Positions 40,681 through 53,999 of a stretch of DNA of 64,000 bases are shown piece by piece. The notes under the pieces are model-generated. The model was not told the origin of the DNA. It ran no database searches and saw only the letters and a list, made by a program, of their open reading frames with translations. This stretch comes from the human T2T-CHM13v2.0 reference genome, Homo sapiens: assembly GCF_009914755.1 (NCBI RefSeq), contig NC_060931.1, one strand, 5' to 3'. A program made the position numbers and the translations under genes. The stretch's first letter is position 1; every line of letters begins with the position of its first letter.

Positions 40681-42304
40681 CTGTAGTAAGGATATGCAAA
40701 GGCTCCTGGCATTTCCAAAGATAGAAGGGCGACATTTCTTCAGACTTTGAAGTTAATAATCCTTCAGAAGTTGAAAACTGAGGGATTTTTCAAAACTCTT
40801 TTAATGTTCTATATGCCATGTGTGAAAGTAAATATCTGTAAGAAATCACTGAGGGTTGGTGCGATGCTTGGAGGAGTGCTCTGCAACCTCGCGTGTCATG
40901 GACTGGCACAATCTCTTATTGCTCAAGTGTGGAGAGATTATGCTCCCATCGAGTAATGTTCTTTGGAGGACGTGATTTCCGCATTGACTGTTTGAGAAGG
41001 AGGCTGGAAATTCATCGAATTTTACATTTCAATGGGCCATTGTTGAGCTCACACTACTGCAGTACCGACAGGCCTAGCCTTGCAATCAAGACATGACTCT
41101 TCCTAAGCTTGGAAGCTTTCATCTGCATCCTCCAGCATTTGTCTAGTTGTTGGAAATGATCTATTGGTGAAGAATGTGGTAAATTTGCATTGGGGATTCT
41201 ATTTGATTTTCTCCATGACAGAAAAAAAAAGTTTTTTATTTTAACAGTTTAATATGCTCCTGATAGATCCAGAGCACAAAGCATTTTGCAAAAATCAAAT
41301 TCAGATTTTCATGACATGCTGAGTCATAGAACCCTGCTGAATTTTGAGTTCAGACAAGCCTAAGTGTCTCAGGGTTTGTTACCACCTTTGCTCAAGGCTC
41401 TTGCTTTTGATACAGAGAGGTTTCATTTTATTTCCCGGACCAGTTATTTTCAGACTACTTAAAATAAGAGAAAACTCTCAGTAGGAGAAGATATTCCTAG
41501 GCATACAGGAGGCCTAAGTTTGGCTCTTCCCCTTAGAGATAAAACAGACTGTTTAAACGTATGTAGTAGGCTGCTCTGCTATTACCCCCTCTTCCTTCTT
41601 ACTGTTTTGGTTTACACATTTGATAGTTGGGAATTTGCCAGGCAACATCTAGTAGTAAATGAACATTTAGTAGTCATCAAAAGAGATACAAGGAGAAAAT
41701 ATGAAATAACTCCAGAGATGTGAAAAAGCCTGCAGGCACCAGGTTTCATTTGGAAAGGAGATATGGGTAAATGGCCTGCAGATAATCAAAAGGATGAAAT
41801 GCAAACTTGAAATACCATAATATCATTTTACCCCTACACAGAAAACCATGCACGAATGGAGAGAACATATCTTCCCAAAATAGACTCGCTGACCTGTTTG
41901 GAGTTAGAAGTAATATTTGCTCTTTGTTCTAACCTGCAGCCTAAAAGGAACAGTAATATTCCTTTACAATCTCAGAAGATTCCACCTCTACTATTCTGCA
42001 ATGTATTTTCCTGTTTACACTTTTCTATTACTTTTGGTCTCCTGAAATAATTGATCTAAGCAATAAAATAAAAACACTTCATATCAAAAGCAAGGGCTAG
42101 TAAGAGTTGGTTGTATGATTTATAAAGATTCTTACACAAATCCTCCAGTTGTACATTGAACTTATTCCCTTTTTTCCAGACTGGTCTCAACCCAACTCCT
42201 CCCCATTCTGTCTGGGATCTCTTTTCCTGTGCTTAAAAACCATGGTTATGTCTCTGTTTTCTTCTCTTCAGGATGAATGGATCCATAATTTCTTTAACTT
42301 ATTA

Positions 42305-42551
42305 ATTTTTGAGACAGGGGCTCACTCTGTCACCCAGCCTGGAGTGTAGGGGTGTGATCATAGCTCACTGCAGCCTCAAACTCCTGGGCTCAAGCAATCC
42401 TGCCTCAGCCTCCTGATTTTAGCTAGGACTACAGGCACGAGCCACCATGCCCAGATGATATTTTTATATTCTTAGCAGGGTCTCGCTATGTTGCCCAAGC
42501 TGGTTTCAAACTCCTAGCCTCAAATGATCCTCCATCTCAGCCTCCCAAAGT
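42305..42551 (-). mobile_element. AluJ, 5'-truncated
   Basis: gatcatagctcactgcagcctcaaactcctgggctcaagc; TSD tctttaacttatt / tctttaatttatt. Confidence 0.9.
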
Positions 42552-45500
42552 ATCTTTAATTTATTGTTATTTAATGCCTCTTGTTTACTCATGGGTCATC
42601 TCTAGGTTCATTATATTCTAAGCTGTGAATGAGAATGTAGAATGTGGTAATTCAAGTAGAAGACTGAGACTATGGCAGGCCATGGGTTTGTTCTTTTTTA
42701 AGTCGTGTATATAAAAGATAGTTTGACTTTGAATGAAATGTCTAAAACCTAATTATAAATGCCCAAAGAGCCTAAGAAATTGGTAATTTTAGGAAGTCAG
42801 TGATTCAATTTGAATGTTGGCCTGTTAGCTTGGATAATAATTGCCCCATCTTCTGAGACTAAGGTAACATAGTCAATTGTCATTGGACTAGGTAAGTGAG
42901 ATTAGGGGATGGGGTGGGAGGGCAGTAGTCATGGAAAATAAAAATCAAGGATACAAATGAAACTGGAGTTACTGCTCAACTGCTCAGCATTGACATAGTG
43001 TGGTTACAAAGTGTCAGGATCTGTAAAGTGCTCGCACCTGAATATGGCTGAACACTTAGAAAATAGTTGCTTAGTTCTTCTACACCCAAAAGAGAGGATT
43101 CAAGGCTTGAAGTTCCTGGGCTTCCTGTTGGGAGAACTGAGGATCAGGCTAAGTGGGAGGGTTCTGTCCCCTTTGCTTCCATGGCCTCCTTGCAACCAGA
43201 GCAGCTCTGCACACCCCCTCTCTTCATCTTCCACAGAAGTTACAATGAACAATAATTAGCCACTGCCTAATTATTCAGCTCCCCTCTTCCATGGGGGGTG
43301 TGTCTCACATCCTAGTTGCACCTGAACCACAATTAATCCATAAATCAGCTAATTTGACACTGGATAATGTCAAATTGATTGTATAAAATATTTGTTGGAT
43401 AATTGGGCATCTAATTTTTAAACATGAGAGAATTTTAGATCATGCACCAATATGACACACAGCCCACAAAAAAACTGTGATGATTATTAGGGAGTTCTGG
43501 GTTCCTTGAAAGGAAAATACTGCATAAATCACAAGAACAGGTCTTTTCTCCTGGCTCCTTGGGACATAACAATATACCCTCTCAAGCAGGGTGAAAAGAT
43601 ATATCCTCTCTAAGTGAGATTACCCTGCAGAGTGCTGACAATCACCTGTCTCCTACCTCCACCTTCTCATATCACAGGCCAGGGAGTGGGTTAATTTTCT
43701 GCACCTTGAACTTAAGACTTTGAATTCCTATTCTCATCCCTTTGTTAACATTACAGGAAAAAATCCCTACCTGTAGTGAATGCAGAATCACAGTGCCAAG
43801 AAGGATTTTTGGAGCTCAATAAATTCATCTCTCTGCCTTTCTGCAGGACTGTGCCCCTTGCCACCAGATCTAGAGCTCCTGAGATTTTGAGGCAGTGTAG
43901 AATGAATACAGGATATCTATGCCTACAGCACACAGTCAAAAACTTAGCCCAGCAGTGAATGCACAGCACTTTCTGTATTCCTACTGTGCCCTGAGTAAAG
44001 ACTTTTCACTTCATACATCATTCACAACTTGCTACAGGGATTTCACAAAGCCAGTACATACCCTTTACACAAAGAAAAGAAGAAAAAGAACAGACCTGGG
44101 AAAGAAAAGAAAAAAGGTGTGTCTGCCGAGTGTAGCATTATCAACAGGGAAATTAACAAGGCACAATGTAGTTGGGGACGTTAATCAAATAAACAAATGG
44201 AGTTTCTCATTCTGTTCACACATTTGAAGAAGAAGCCTAAAATATTTCAGAGTCAAACATGGTTAGACAGTTTCATTTCCTCCCTGGGCTCTGGTGCCAT
44301 GAGGAGCAAGGCAAAAGATGAGGGAAATTGGAAGCTACTTTTCCCCTAGAGAGATCTGGTAAACAGATGCTGAGGTAGTCCCACCATCTGGCTTACAGAA
44401 TCCTGGGGTCCCAGAGGAGGGTGCCACCTGGAGGTGCTGGAATACTGTTAGTGCTGGGTAGCAGCCCCTGTTGACTGAAGAGGGAGATCCTAAGCACACA
44501 GAGGAAGGAATGCCTTCAGTTGAGTCCTCGAATGTCCCAAGCCAGGATTTTTTTCCACAACAAGGTGGAGGGACAGCTTATTTCTTGCTAATCCTTGAGG
44601 GATTTACCTTTTTTCCAGAAATGATTCCTTCTGAGCCTTATCATTATTTTCTGAGTAATAAGCACTTCTACTAAACAGTAACTGTAATCTTCCTCCTCCT
44701 TCCACAATTCTGTATTATATTATATCATAGTTGGATTTCACAGTAGCTTGACGGGCAGATTTGCATAGAATAAATTAAGCCATAGAGAATTAGAAGAATT
44801 AATCAGAGATAGAGTCATTAGTTTCCAAGAAGTGAATTAATTCAGGAAAACCACTGGATATGTCACTTTCATTGTCTTTTCCTCTTGAGAAATAAAAAAT
44901 GTTTATTTTTGGAGATTGGCAGAAAAGATCTAGGATTGTAAGCCTGCTTTGATATTACTGAGTCACCTTAGACACCAATAGCTCACTCCATTCTCCTCTC
45001 CCCTCACACTCACCCCATCACATTTATGAAGAAATGAAGGGCAAGTTGTTTTCTTTGTCTTGTCTAGAAGCCCAAGAAGCCCATGTTCACTGATCCAGGA
45101 TTGTCGTTCGAGTTCTAAAAACTAGGTGCTGAGTGTGCAGGGTTCTAGGACAGGTCACCTATTCTTAGCCTACCAGGCCCAGAAGCCCCTCCCATATGGC
45201 AATGCAACAGGCTTACAAAGAGCCTCGGATGACAGCTGATCTGGGTAACGTACATGGCCTGTATTTACTGGCCAAGTTCTGCCCCTTTCTTGACTATAGT
45301 TCCCCGATCCCTGTCTTTTCTGGCTCTTTTCCCTGGTCTCCCACATCTTCTCCTGATTCCGAGCTTTGGGGCACCTAGTGAGGTCCCTCTTTCTGGATCA
45401 CTAAATGTAACCCACAGCCTCCCTGATCCCAACTCTGAGCTTGACCCACTTCCCTGACTTCCCACACCCCACAGTTCTGAGCAGAATCCCTCCATTAGAC

Positions 45501-47489
45501 CAGCCTTGGGGGATCCTGTCAGTTCTGATTCCATTTATCCAGAAAAGAAATTAGGTGTTTTTAGGTTTGCACTGAACAGCTGGGGGTTGAGTACAAACCT
45601 CTTACAGAACTCTGAGTCCAGCTTCTTTTCCCCACACAAGGGGTCAGTTTGTCCTGCAAAAGCAAACTGAGGACTAGAAGATCTTTGGGGAGAACTGAGT
45701 TCATTTATTCACTTCTTTATTTAGTCACTCATTAATTAAATAAATATTTGTTAAATTTCCACTATGTGCCAAGCATTATGTTGGACTTCAAATGCCAGTC
45801 CTCCTCATATTTGTACTTCTAGGGAGGATGTGGCTAATGCCTTGCTCATATAAATAACTTTAGAATAAAATCACCATGAAGTATTGCAGTTTTATGTGGC
45901 CAACCTGGAATCAAGATGTCTGTTGCCATGACCCAGATGCCAACAACATGTTGCTCCAAAGATCACCATGGCAGCCTGCTTATAGAAAATGTTATGTATA
46001 ATCCTGGGTCAGAATGTATGGTTTCAGGATAGTATACAATTCCATTATCTCTCCCTTGTGGTTCTCCTAATGATTTTTCTGGGATCTGCCTGCTTCATGA
46101 GACCAACAGGACTGACCCATCCCTTCATCATTATTCAGCTTGTGGATTCTAATAGTCACCATGTGTTTGATTGGCTTATCTGCCTCTTGCCTAGAAATTT
46201 AGTCAAGAGGAAACCCGTGATCACAAGGTGACAGAAAAGACACTTAAATTATTTACTAAAAGTTGCTGGTTTTGGTTTTCTTCATTTTATGAAAAAAAAA
46301 ATCAAGACATAGTTATGCCACTGGTAGTCTACAATAGGGCTCTATGCACATTAGGGCTCTATGCACTGTTTCCCTAAGAAGAAACAGAAGCATCACAGTA
46401 AAGAATAAAAATCTGTGAGAAGAGGAGAGTAATAGAGTGTATGCACATAAAAACGAGTTTTGAGTATCTCTGTCTGGTAGCTTGGGAAAGTAACAAACAG
46501 TGTAAGGTTTAGACATGAATAGGATTCTAATGGTTTCACCGTGGAAACTGTACAATGGACTATTTTCAATGGTACTGCAGGTAGAAACCGACTTAATGAC
46601 ATTTGCTCATAATGGCAATGTAGATTGCATAGTTTGAAAATTGAAGAGAGAAATACTTCAGATTAAAAAGAATTTATAGGGTTTTTATGGGTTGCTTCAT
46701 TTGATCAGCCATCATTTGCTCAGAAGTCTTTAATAACTCTGTGGTATCTTCAATGAAAAGCTTTCCTCAACAAAGGTAGTGTTACTTTAAAAAGACAACT
46801 TTTTAATACTGCCCTGAATGATAAAGAGAACCTATTGAAAATAATTGAAGAACCATAGGCATGTTGCCTTCCTGTGATTGCTAGAGATTTGGAAGAATTT
46901 CTGCCCAAATTGGGCTGGATTTGTAAAGATGTCCATAATAGTGTTTGGATTCAGACCAGCTTTTGTTCAAAGCACTGAAACAGCATAAGGGGGGTGTGCA
47001 ATAGAAGGGCATGATTAGGACAGTAGCTTTTTAACTTTGACAGCAAAGTGGTTCCCCAGAGTCACTGACTACATTTTCCCCACATATGTCAGTGGGGAAA
47101 ATGCTGGATCATTGGAAAGTAAGCAGATGGCTGCCCAACTTTTTGTGAAATGAGAGGAGGGAAGTGCCACAAAAGCCCAGCAGTCTTCCATCAGTGCTCC
47201 TACCAGTGCTACCAATCTAGGTAGATTAACAGGCACATGTGTTTGAAATGTGGGCCATGTTTCATCATTTGTCTTAAAGAAATAGGGCTCTATTTGCCCT
47301 GTTTAGAATTGAGTTCACAGTTACAGGGAGCCCATCTGTTGCTCTGTGGGTCTTGTAAAACTTACTTTCCCAACTGAAATTGAATCACACAAATACTCAT
47401 AAATTGTTAAATCTTCTTTAAGACAACACTAGAATATTCAGAGGCTGGCAAGGTGATTTTCCTCAGAGACAAATCAGAATAAGTTTAAT

Positions 47490-47750
47490 AAAAGAATGTA
47501 GCCTCTGGAACCAGACTGCTGAAGTTCAAACCCTGGCTCCACCTCTTATTAGCTGTGGAAATTTACATATTTACTAATAATAAATTAGAATTTATTAAAC
47601 CACTCTAAACCTTAGTTTCCTCATCGGTAAAAGAGGTTAATAATTGTGTTTACCTTATAGTTTTGTCGTGAGGATTAAATGGAATAATATACATTAAGTG
47701 CCTGACCTATAGTGAAAGCTTAGTAAATATTAGCTATAACTATTATTACC
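47490..47750 (+). mobile_element. MIR
   Basis: ctctggaaccagactgctgaagttcaaaccctggctccacc...ttagtttcctcatcggtaaa...gtgaggattaaatg. Confidence 0.85.
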
Positions 47751-48671
47751 AATCATGTGTATCTAATAGCATTAATGCAAAAATAAACACTATCCAAACA
47801 GATCCTGTAACTGCAGAAAGAGGAGAGAAAACATAAGGTGGCTGGATACCCCCCAACTTCCCACCACCTTACACAAACAAAGGAAAGTTCTTGACTTATG
47901 AACTTAAAAAATAGGTAAATGACACTTTTAGTAACTAAAAAAAAGGCTGAAAATTTTTTCTAGTTATTAAAGAAAAGCTGAAGAATCTAACTCAAGAAGG
48001 TAGAAAATGGATCAGCAAAGGAAACTCAAAGAAATGGAAGGAAAGAAAAAAATAAAGATAAAAGCAGAAGTCAATGAAATAGAAAGCAGCATATAACAGA
48101 GAGAATAAACCAAGCCAATCATTGGTTCTTAGAAAAGACTAACCAAATTGATTAAACCTCTGGCAAGAGTAATCAAGAAAAAAAGAGAAAGAGAGAAGAA
48201 ACAAATGACCAGTACAAGGAATGAAAAAAAGAATATTATATCACATCCTGAAGACACTAAATATAAAATGGGAAGATGTGATTAAAATTTTGCTTGTATT
48301 TGAAACTTTAGATGAAGTGAATAAATTTCACAAAAAGATAAAATCCAATATTCGTTATTTTAAAAACTCAGAAAACCAGAAATAGAAATAAAAACTTTGA
48401 TAAAAATAGATGATATAGGTATTATAAAAACCATAGCAAATCATTATAATTACTGGTACAACACTGTAGCTTTTCCTTTGCAATCAGAAACAGATAATGG
48501 TAACTGTCCCTTTTTAACTAATTCTATTTAACATTGTGGTGAAGTCCTAGCCAGAGTAGTAAAGAATAAAAAAGTACTTTGTACTGTCTATAATAATATT
48601 ATTAAGTTATTAAACACTGGAAAATTTATAAAATATAGAAGCGTCATCCAAAAATCAATCGTGTATGTGTA

Positions 48672-48677
48672 TACACA

Positions 48678-48707
<30 letters not shown>
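48672..48707. repeat. (CA)n microsatellite
   Basis: Read directly; one interruption. Confidence 0.95.
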
Positions 48708-48708
<1 letters not shown>

Positions 48709-48760
48709 CCCAGCCACATAGTATAAACAATTTTAAAGATACTGCCTAAAATACCATCAA

Positions 48761-48925
48761 GCCAGGTTCAGTGGCTTATGCCTGTAATCTTAGCGACTCA
48801 AGAGGCTGAGGCGGGAGGATTGCTTAGGCCCAGGAGTTTGAGGCTTCAGTGAGCTATGATCATGCTACTGCACTCCAGCCTAGGTGACAGAGCAAGACCC
48901 CATCTCTATTTTAAAAAAAAAAATT
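48761..48925 (+). mobile_element. Alu monomer (FRAM-like)
   Basis: Single arm ending gcactccagcctaggtgacagagcaagacccc plus A tail. Confidence 0.85.
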
Positions 48926-50789
48926 AAGAATATCAAGCACGTGGAATAAATCTAACAAAAGATATGCTCAATGGAAAAATTTATGAAATTTTATTAACAG
49001 GCATTAAAGAATACCTAAATAGTTATATCACATTAATGGATTCAGATCAATATTGTAAAGAGTCATCATCTCAATCAAAATTTTACTCTGGGTGTATATA
49101 TGCATGTGTATGTGTGTATATGTAACTTGGCAAGTTTATTCTAAAATATGCATGGAAATGTGATGAGTCAATAGTAGCCTCCTGAAGAAGCACAACATGA
49201 ATAGATATAATTAACAGCAAAGAATGCAGTAATTAATACAGAGTGATATTGACAAAAGTAGACAAATAGGCCAATGGGAAAAAAATGGAGAGCCTAGAAA
49301 CAGAACCATGAATCAGCAGACACTTTATTTAAAGTGTCACAAATTCTCTTTTGTGGTAAATGCACAGAAGAGAAAGATGGCATGAAGAATAACGAGGAAG
49401 GACAGTCTATTAGTTGTGCTGGGCAGTTGGGTAACCACAGATATGAAATTGAACTCCTAACCTATGTCAAACAGAGAAATCAATTTCAGGTGGATTATAA
49501 ATCCAAATGTAAAAGGCAAAACAATATAGAATTTTAAAATTACAATAAGTAAATATCTTTGTGACTTTAAGGTACGGGAGGAGTTACTAAATACTGCCAA
49601 AAATGTATAGCCATAAAGGAAAATATTGATAAATTTTACTCAAAAGATTAAAAATAAAAAAAACTTATGTCAGAAAATACTATACAGAATGAAAAGAGAA
49701 GTGATGGAGTGGGAGAAGATATTTGAAACATATTTTCTGATCAACAAAGAATACTCTTCAAGAATTTAAACACACATGAACACACATGTACAAACTCCTA
49801 CAAAATAATAAGAAGACAGATACTTAGAAATATGGACAAGAGACTTGACCTGGAATTTTATAAAAGTGGAAATCCAAATGGCCAAGAAATGGATGAAAAG
49901 AGGCTCACACTTATTAGTAATCAGAGAAATTCAAATTATACTTACTATGTGATTCTACTACATACCCACCAGAACGGATAAAATACCAAGTTTTGGCAAG
50001 AATTTGGAGCAATTAAAAAAATCACATACACTGCTGGTGAGAATATAGATTGGTTCCACCACTTTAAAAATCTGGCAGTATCTACTAACACTTAACAAAA
50101 GCATACCTAATTACACAGATATTCCATCCCTGATATATGCCCAACAGAAAATGCATACATATATTCACATACAAGAAGGTTCACAGCAGCACTGTTTGAT
50201 ATAGCCTCACACTGGAAACTACTCAAATACCCATCAAGAGTAAAATGGACAAATTATGTAAATTCACGAAAGAGAATACTATATAGCTGTGAGCATTACG
50301 ACTACTTGCAACAATATAAATAAACCTTATGAACACCATATTGAATGTAAGAATCCAGACACGACAGAGTTCTTATTGAATGAGCCAATTTATTTAAATT
50401 CAAAACAGGCAAAATTAGTCTGTGGTGTTAAAAGTCAAGCTAGCTGTTACTCTTAGGGAGCATGACAACACAAGGGAACCCTCTCTTTCTGGATCTGGGT
50501 GCTGATTAAAGGGATAAGTTGAGCTTATGAAAATTTACTGAACTATACATGTATATTTTATGTAATTTTCTATACATATATTTTTCTTCAACTAACTTCC
50601 TCCTATAAGATTCATGTAATAAAGATCAATAACTTTCCAATACAGCAGAAATAATGATTTGAATGTGTAATAGAAGAGAGGATCTTGTTTACAATATCAG
50701 AAAAAGTACAAAACACCTAGGAACATACCTATAAAATTTTTAAAAATATCTCTAGAAGCAAAATGTTTTCCGAATTTTTTTCTTTGAGA

Positions 50790-53138
50790 TTAATATTTTT
50801 TCTTTTTAGTTGACACATAATACTTGTACATATTTCTGGGGTACAGAGTGTTAATTCAATACACATATACAATGTGTAATAATCAAATCAGGTATTAATT
50901 AGTGTATCCTCACCTTGAACATAAATAATTTCTCTGTGTTGGGAACATTCAAAATGCTCTCTTCTAGCTTTTTTAACATGTACAATAAATTATTGTTAAC
51001 TATCTACCCTACAGTGCTATAGAGCAATAGAACTTATTCCTCCTCTCTAGCTGTAATTTTGCATTTGTGAACCAACCTATCCCTTTCTTCCATTCCCCTG
51101 ACCTTCCCACACTCTAATAACTATAATTCTACTCTCTACTTCTAAGAGCTCTTTTTTTTAGTTCCCATATATGAGAATGTGCAGTATTTATCTTTCCATG
51201 CCTGATTTATTTCACTTAACATAATGTCCCCCAGGGTCATGCATGCTGCTGTGAATGACAGGATTTCATTCTTTTTTATGGGTGAATAGTATTCCACTGT
51301 GTATAATATACCAAATATTAATGAACATTTAGATTTATTCCATATCTTGGCTATTGTGAATAGTGCTGCAAAAAACATGGAAGTACTAATATATCTTTGA
51401 TATACTGATTTCCTTACCTTTGGACCAATATCCAGTTAATAGGATTGTTATATCATATGGTAGTCCTAGTTTTAGATTTTTTTGAGAGAGCTTCATACTG
51501 TTTTCCATAATAGCTGTACTGATTTGCATTCCCATCAAAAGAGTGTAAGAGTTCCCATTTCTTCTTCCTGGTATTTATTTTTTAAATCCTTTTAATAATA
51601 GCCATTCTATTGGGGTGAACAGCCAACAGTGGTGCAATAATATCTTATTGTGGTTTTGACTTGCATTTTCATGATGATTAGTAATGCTGAGCATTTTTTC
51701 ATATACTTGTTGGCTATTTGTATGTCTTTTTTTGAGAAATATCTATTCAGAGCCTTTGCCCATTTTCAAATCGTATAATTTGTGTGTGGTATTTTTTTGC
51801 TGTTGAGTTATTTGAGTTCCTTGTATATTTTTGATACTAGTCTTTTGTCAAATTAATAGTTTGCAAATATTTTCTCCCATTCAGCAGGTTGTCTCTTCAC
51901 TTTGTGGATTGTTTTCTTTGCTGTGCAGAAGCTTTTTAGTTGGATAGAGTCCCATTTGTCTATTTTTTTTGTTGTTGCCTGTGCTTTTGTAGTCTTACCA
52001 TAAAATCTTTGCCTTGATCAATGTCCTGAAGCATTTCTCCTATGCTTTCTTCTAGCAGTTTTTGAGTTTTAGGTCTTACATTTAAGTATTTAATCCCTTT
52101 TGAGTTAACTTTTGCATATCATGAAAGATAGGGTTCTAGCTTTATTCTTCTGCATATGGACATCTAGTTTTCCCAGCACCAATTATTGAACAGTCCTTGG
52201 GTTCCCAGGCAGTGTGGGTGGAGGGGTCGAGGTCACTGTTGGTGGTAGTGGTGGCTGGGGCATGGAGCTCTTAGGATATGGGGGGATGTCAGCAGGACCC
52301 CAGGAATGTGGAGATGCAGAGACTATTGAGTCCCAAGGTAGGATGTAGTCTGGCGGTAACTGTTCTCAAAATGGCCCCATGCTATAGCACCCTGGGTACT
52401 GGGGCAGAGGAACACAACGTGGATTTTCTTTCTCTCTCTCTCTCTTTCTTTTTTTTTAGACAGAGTCTCGCTCTGTCGCCCAGGCTGGAGTGCAGTGGCG
52501 TGATCTCAGCTCACTGCAAGCTCCGCCTCCCACGTTGACGCCATTCTCCTGCTTCAACTTCCCCAGTAGCTGGGACTACAGGCGCCTGCCACCACGCCCG
52601 GCTAATTTTTTGTATTTTTAGTAGAAACGGGGTTTCACCATGTTAGCCAGGTTGGTCTCGATCTCCTGACCTCGTGATCCACCCACCTCGGCCTCCCAAA
52701 GTGCTGGGATTACAGGCGTGAGCCACCACGCTCAGCCACAAGGTGGATTTCCTATCTAGAAAAACACAGCCACGTGGGCTCCAGGTAACTCCCCGGAGCT
52801 CAGGGAGTGTGAAGGCCGAAGGGCTCTCCTCTAGCTAAGATTGCAGGCATCTGTGGTGGGAATGTGGACTGCTGGGGATTTCTCACTCCCTTTTCCCCTA
52901 CAATGAAGAGTCCCTCTTGGCTCTTAATTCATTCTGGCTGGCTGTTTCACTTTTCACTCTATGCTGCCATCTTGAGTTTCCATGTCTCAGAGGGTCTTTA
53001 TCACTTCCTTGCTGAATTTCAGTGTTCTCCCTTAGATGATCTATTAAAGGTGTGATTATCTACTCACTGTTTTGGTCCTTCCTCGTGGGGGAAGTGAGTG
53101 CTGGGCACCTCTAGCCAGTCATCTTGACGACGTCTCTC
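50790..53138 (-). mobile_element. L1MA-type element: 3' end (50790-52195) joined to 5'UTR-like end (52195-53138)
   Basis: L1MA 3'UTR (ttgtacatatttctggggtacagagtg...) plus ORF2 end; then a GC-richer segment ending ctagccagtcatcttg, resembling an old L1 5' terminus. Confidence 0.8.
52429..52737 (-). mobile_element. Full-length AluY
   Basis: gcaagctccgcctcc, cgccattctcc and gatctcctgacctcgtgatcc diagnostics; TSD acaacgtggattttct / acaaggtggatttcct. Confidence 0.95.
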
Positions 53139-53139
53139 C

Positions 53140-53680
53140 AAAAATTGAGTAGATGAAGATATATACAATGTTCATGAATGAGAAAAACTCCTCGTAGTTC
53201 AAGAGCCCAGTCATGGGCCTGCAGAAACTTGTCTGCAGGTGTGTTATGTGGTCCATCACATCATGAGAGAGTAATGCCAGCTCTAGGGCTCAGACTAGGT
53301 CATTCTCAGAAAATCCTCATATTCAGCAAAGTGTTGGAGGCCATGGTGGTAAAATATGGGTATTACCTGCATTCTGCTTGGTAAGTACAAAGGGAAAGTG
53401 AAATTCTCTGATCAACATCTGTGTCTTAAGGCTGTATAATTTCTACCTCACTAAGTTTTTAAAAAGAATCAAAGTGCATTATTGTCCAGAAATAGCTATC
53501 ATTTTTGCAGAACCTAAGACAAGGTTATGCCCTGTTAGATATCAAGACAGATATAATGATAATTCCATACCGTTTTAACTCTTTAGTGGTTAAAACGGTA
53601 TGGAATTATCCAAGGAATAGACAGATCAACAGAAAACAATGAAGGGTTAGGAAACAAATCCACATAAATGATGAGATAGC
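53140..53680 (+). mobile_element. Ancient L1M ORF2 fragments (continuation of the piece at about 50620-50765)
   Basis: gatatatacaatgttcatgaatg and gccctgttagatatcaagac...aggaatagacagatcaacag resemble L1M ORF2; interrupted by unassigned sequence. Confidence 0.6.
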
Positions 53681-53999
53681 ATATAACACTTCTCTTGGCA
53701 GGCCATTCATTAATTTATTTCATAATCGATTTAACTATATTTACTAATATAGGCACAAATTATAAGGTATCAGGCATACTGTTTCTATTCTTGCTTTATC
53801 CCCAAATTATAGGGTTGGAATAATGAGTTCAGTTGAAAGAAATACACTGATTGCCACACTGCCTTATTTAATGTGATGTTCACTCTGATGTCAATAAAAT
53901 ATCTATCTTTTCTCTGTATCCTAATGTTTCCATTGGCTTGTTCTATTTATAAAAATTAAATTCAACTATTATTACATAGGATTCCTAAGAAAGAAAATA

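Larger units (their letters stand above)
47900..50595 (+). mobile_element. Ancient L1M (L1MD/ME-type) ORF2 and 3' end, fragmented
   Basis: A-rich ORF2-like sequence (gaagtcaatgaaatagaaagc..., ttctatttaacattgtggtgaagtcctagccag, atccaaatggccaagaaatggatgaaaaga) and an L1ME-like 3'UTR. Confidence 0.8.

Noticed and set aside
44421-44440. CTCF-like gccacctggaggtgc
   Set aside because: Mismatches at core positions; cannot be supported without PWM scoring or ChIP.
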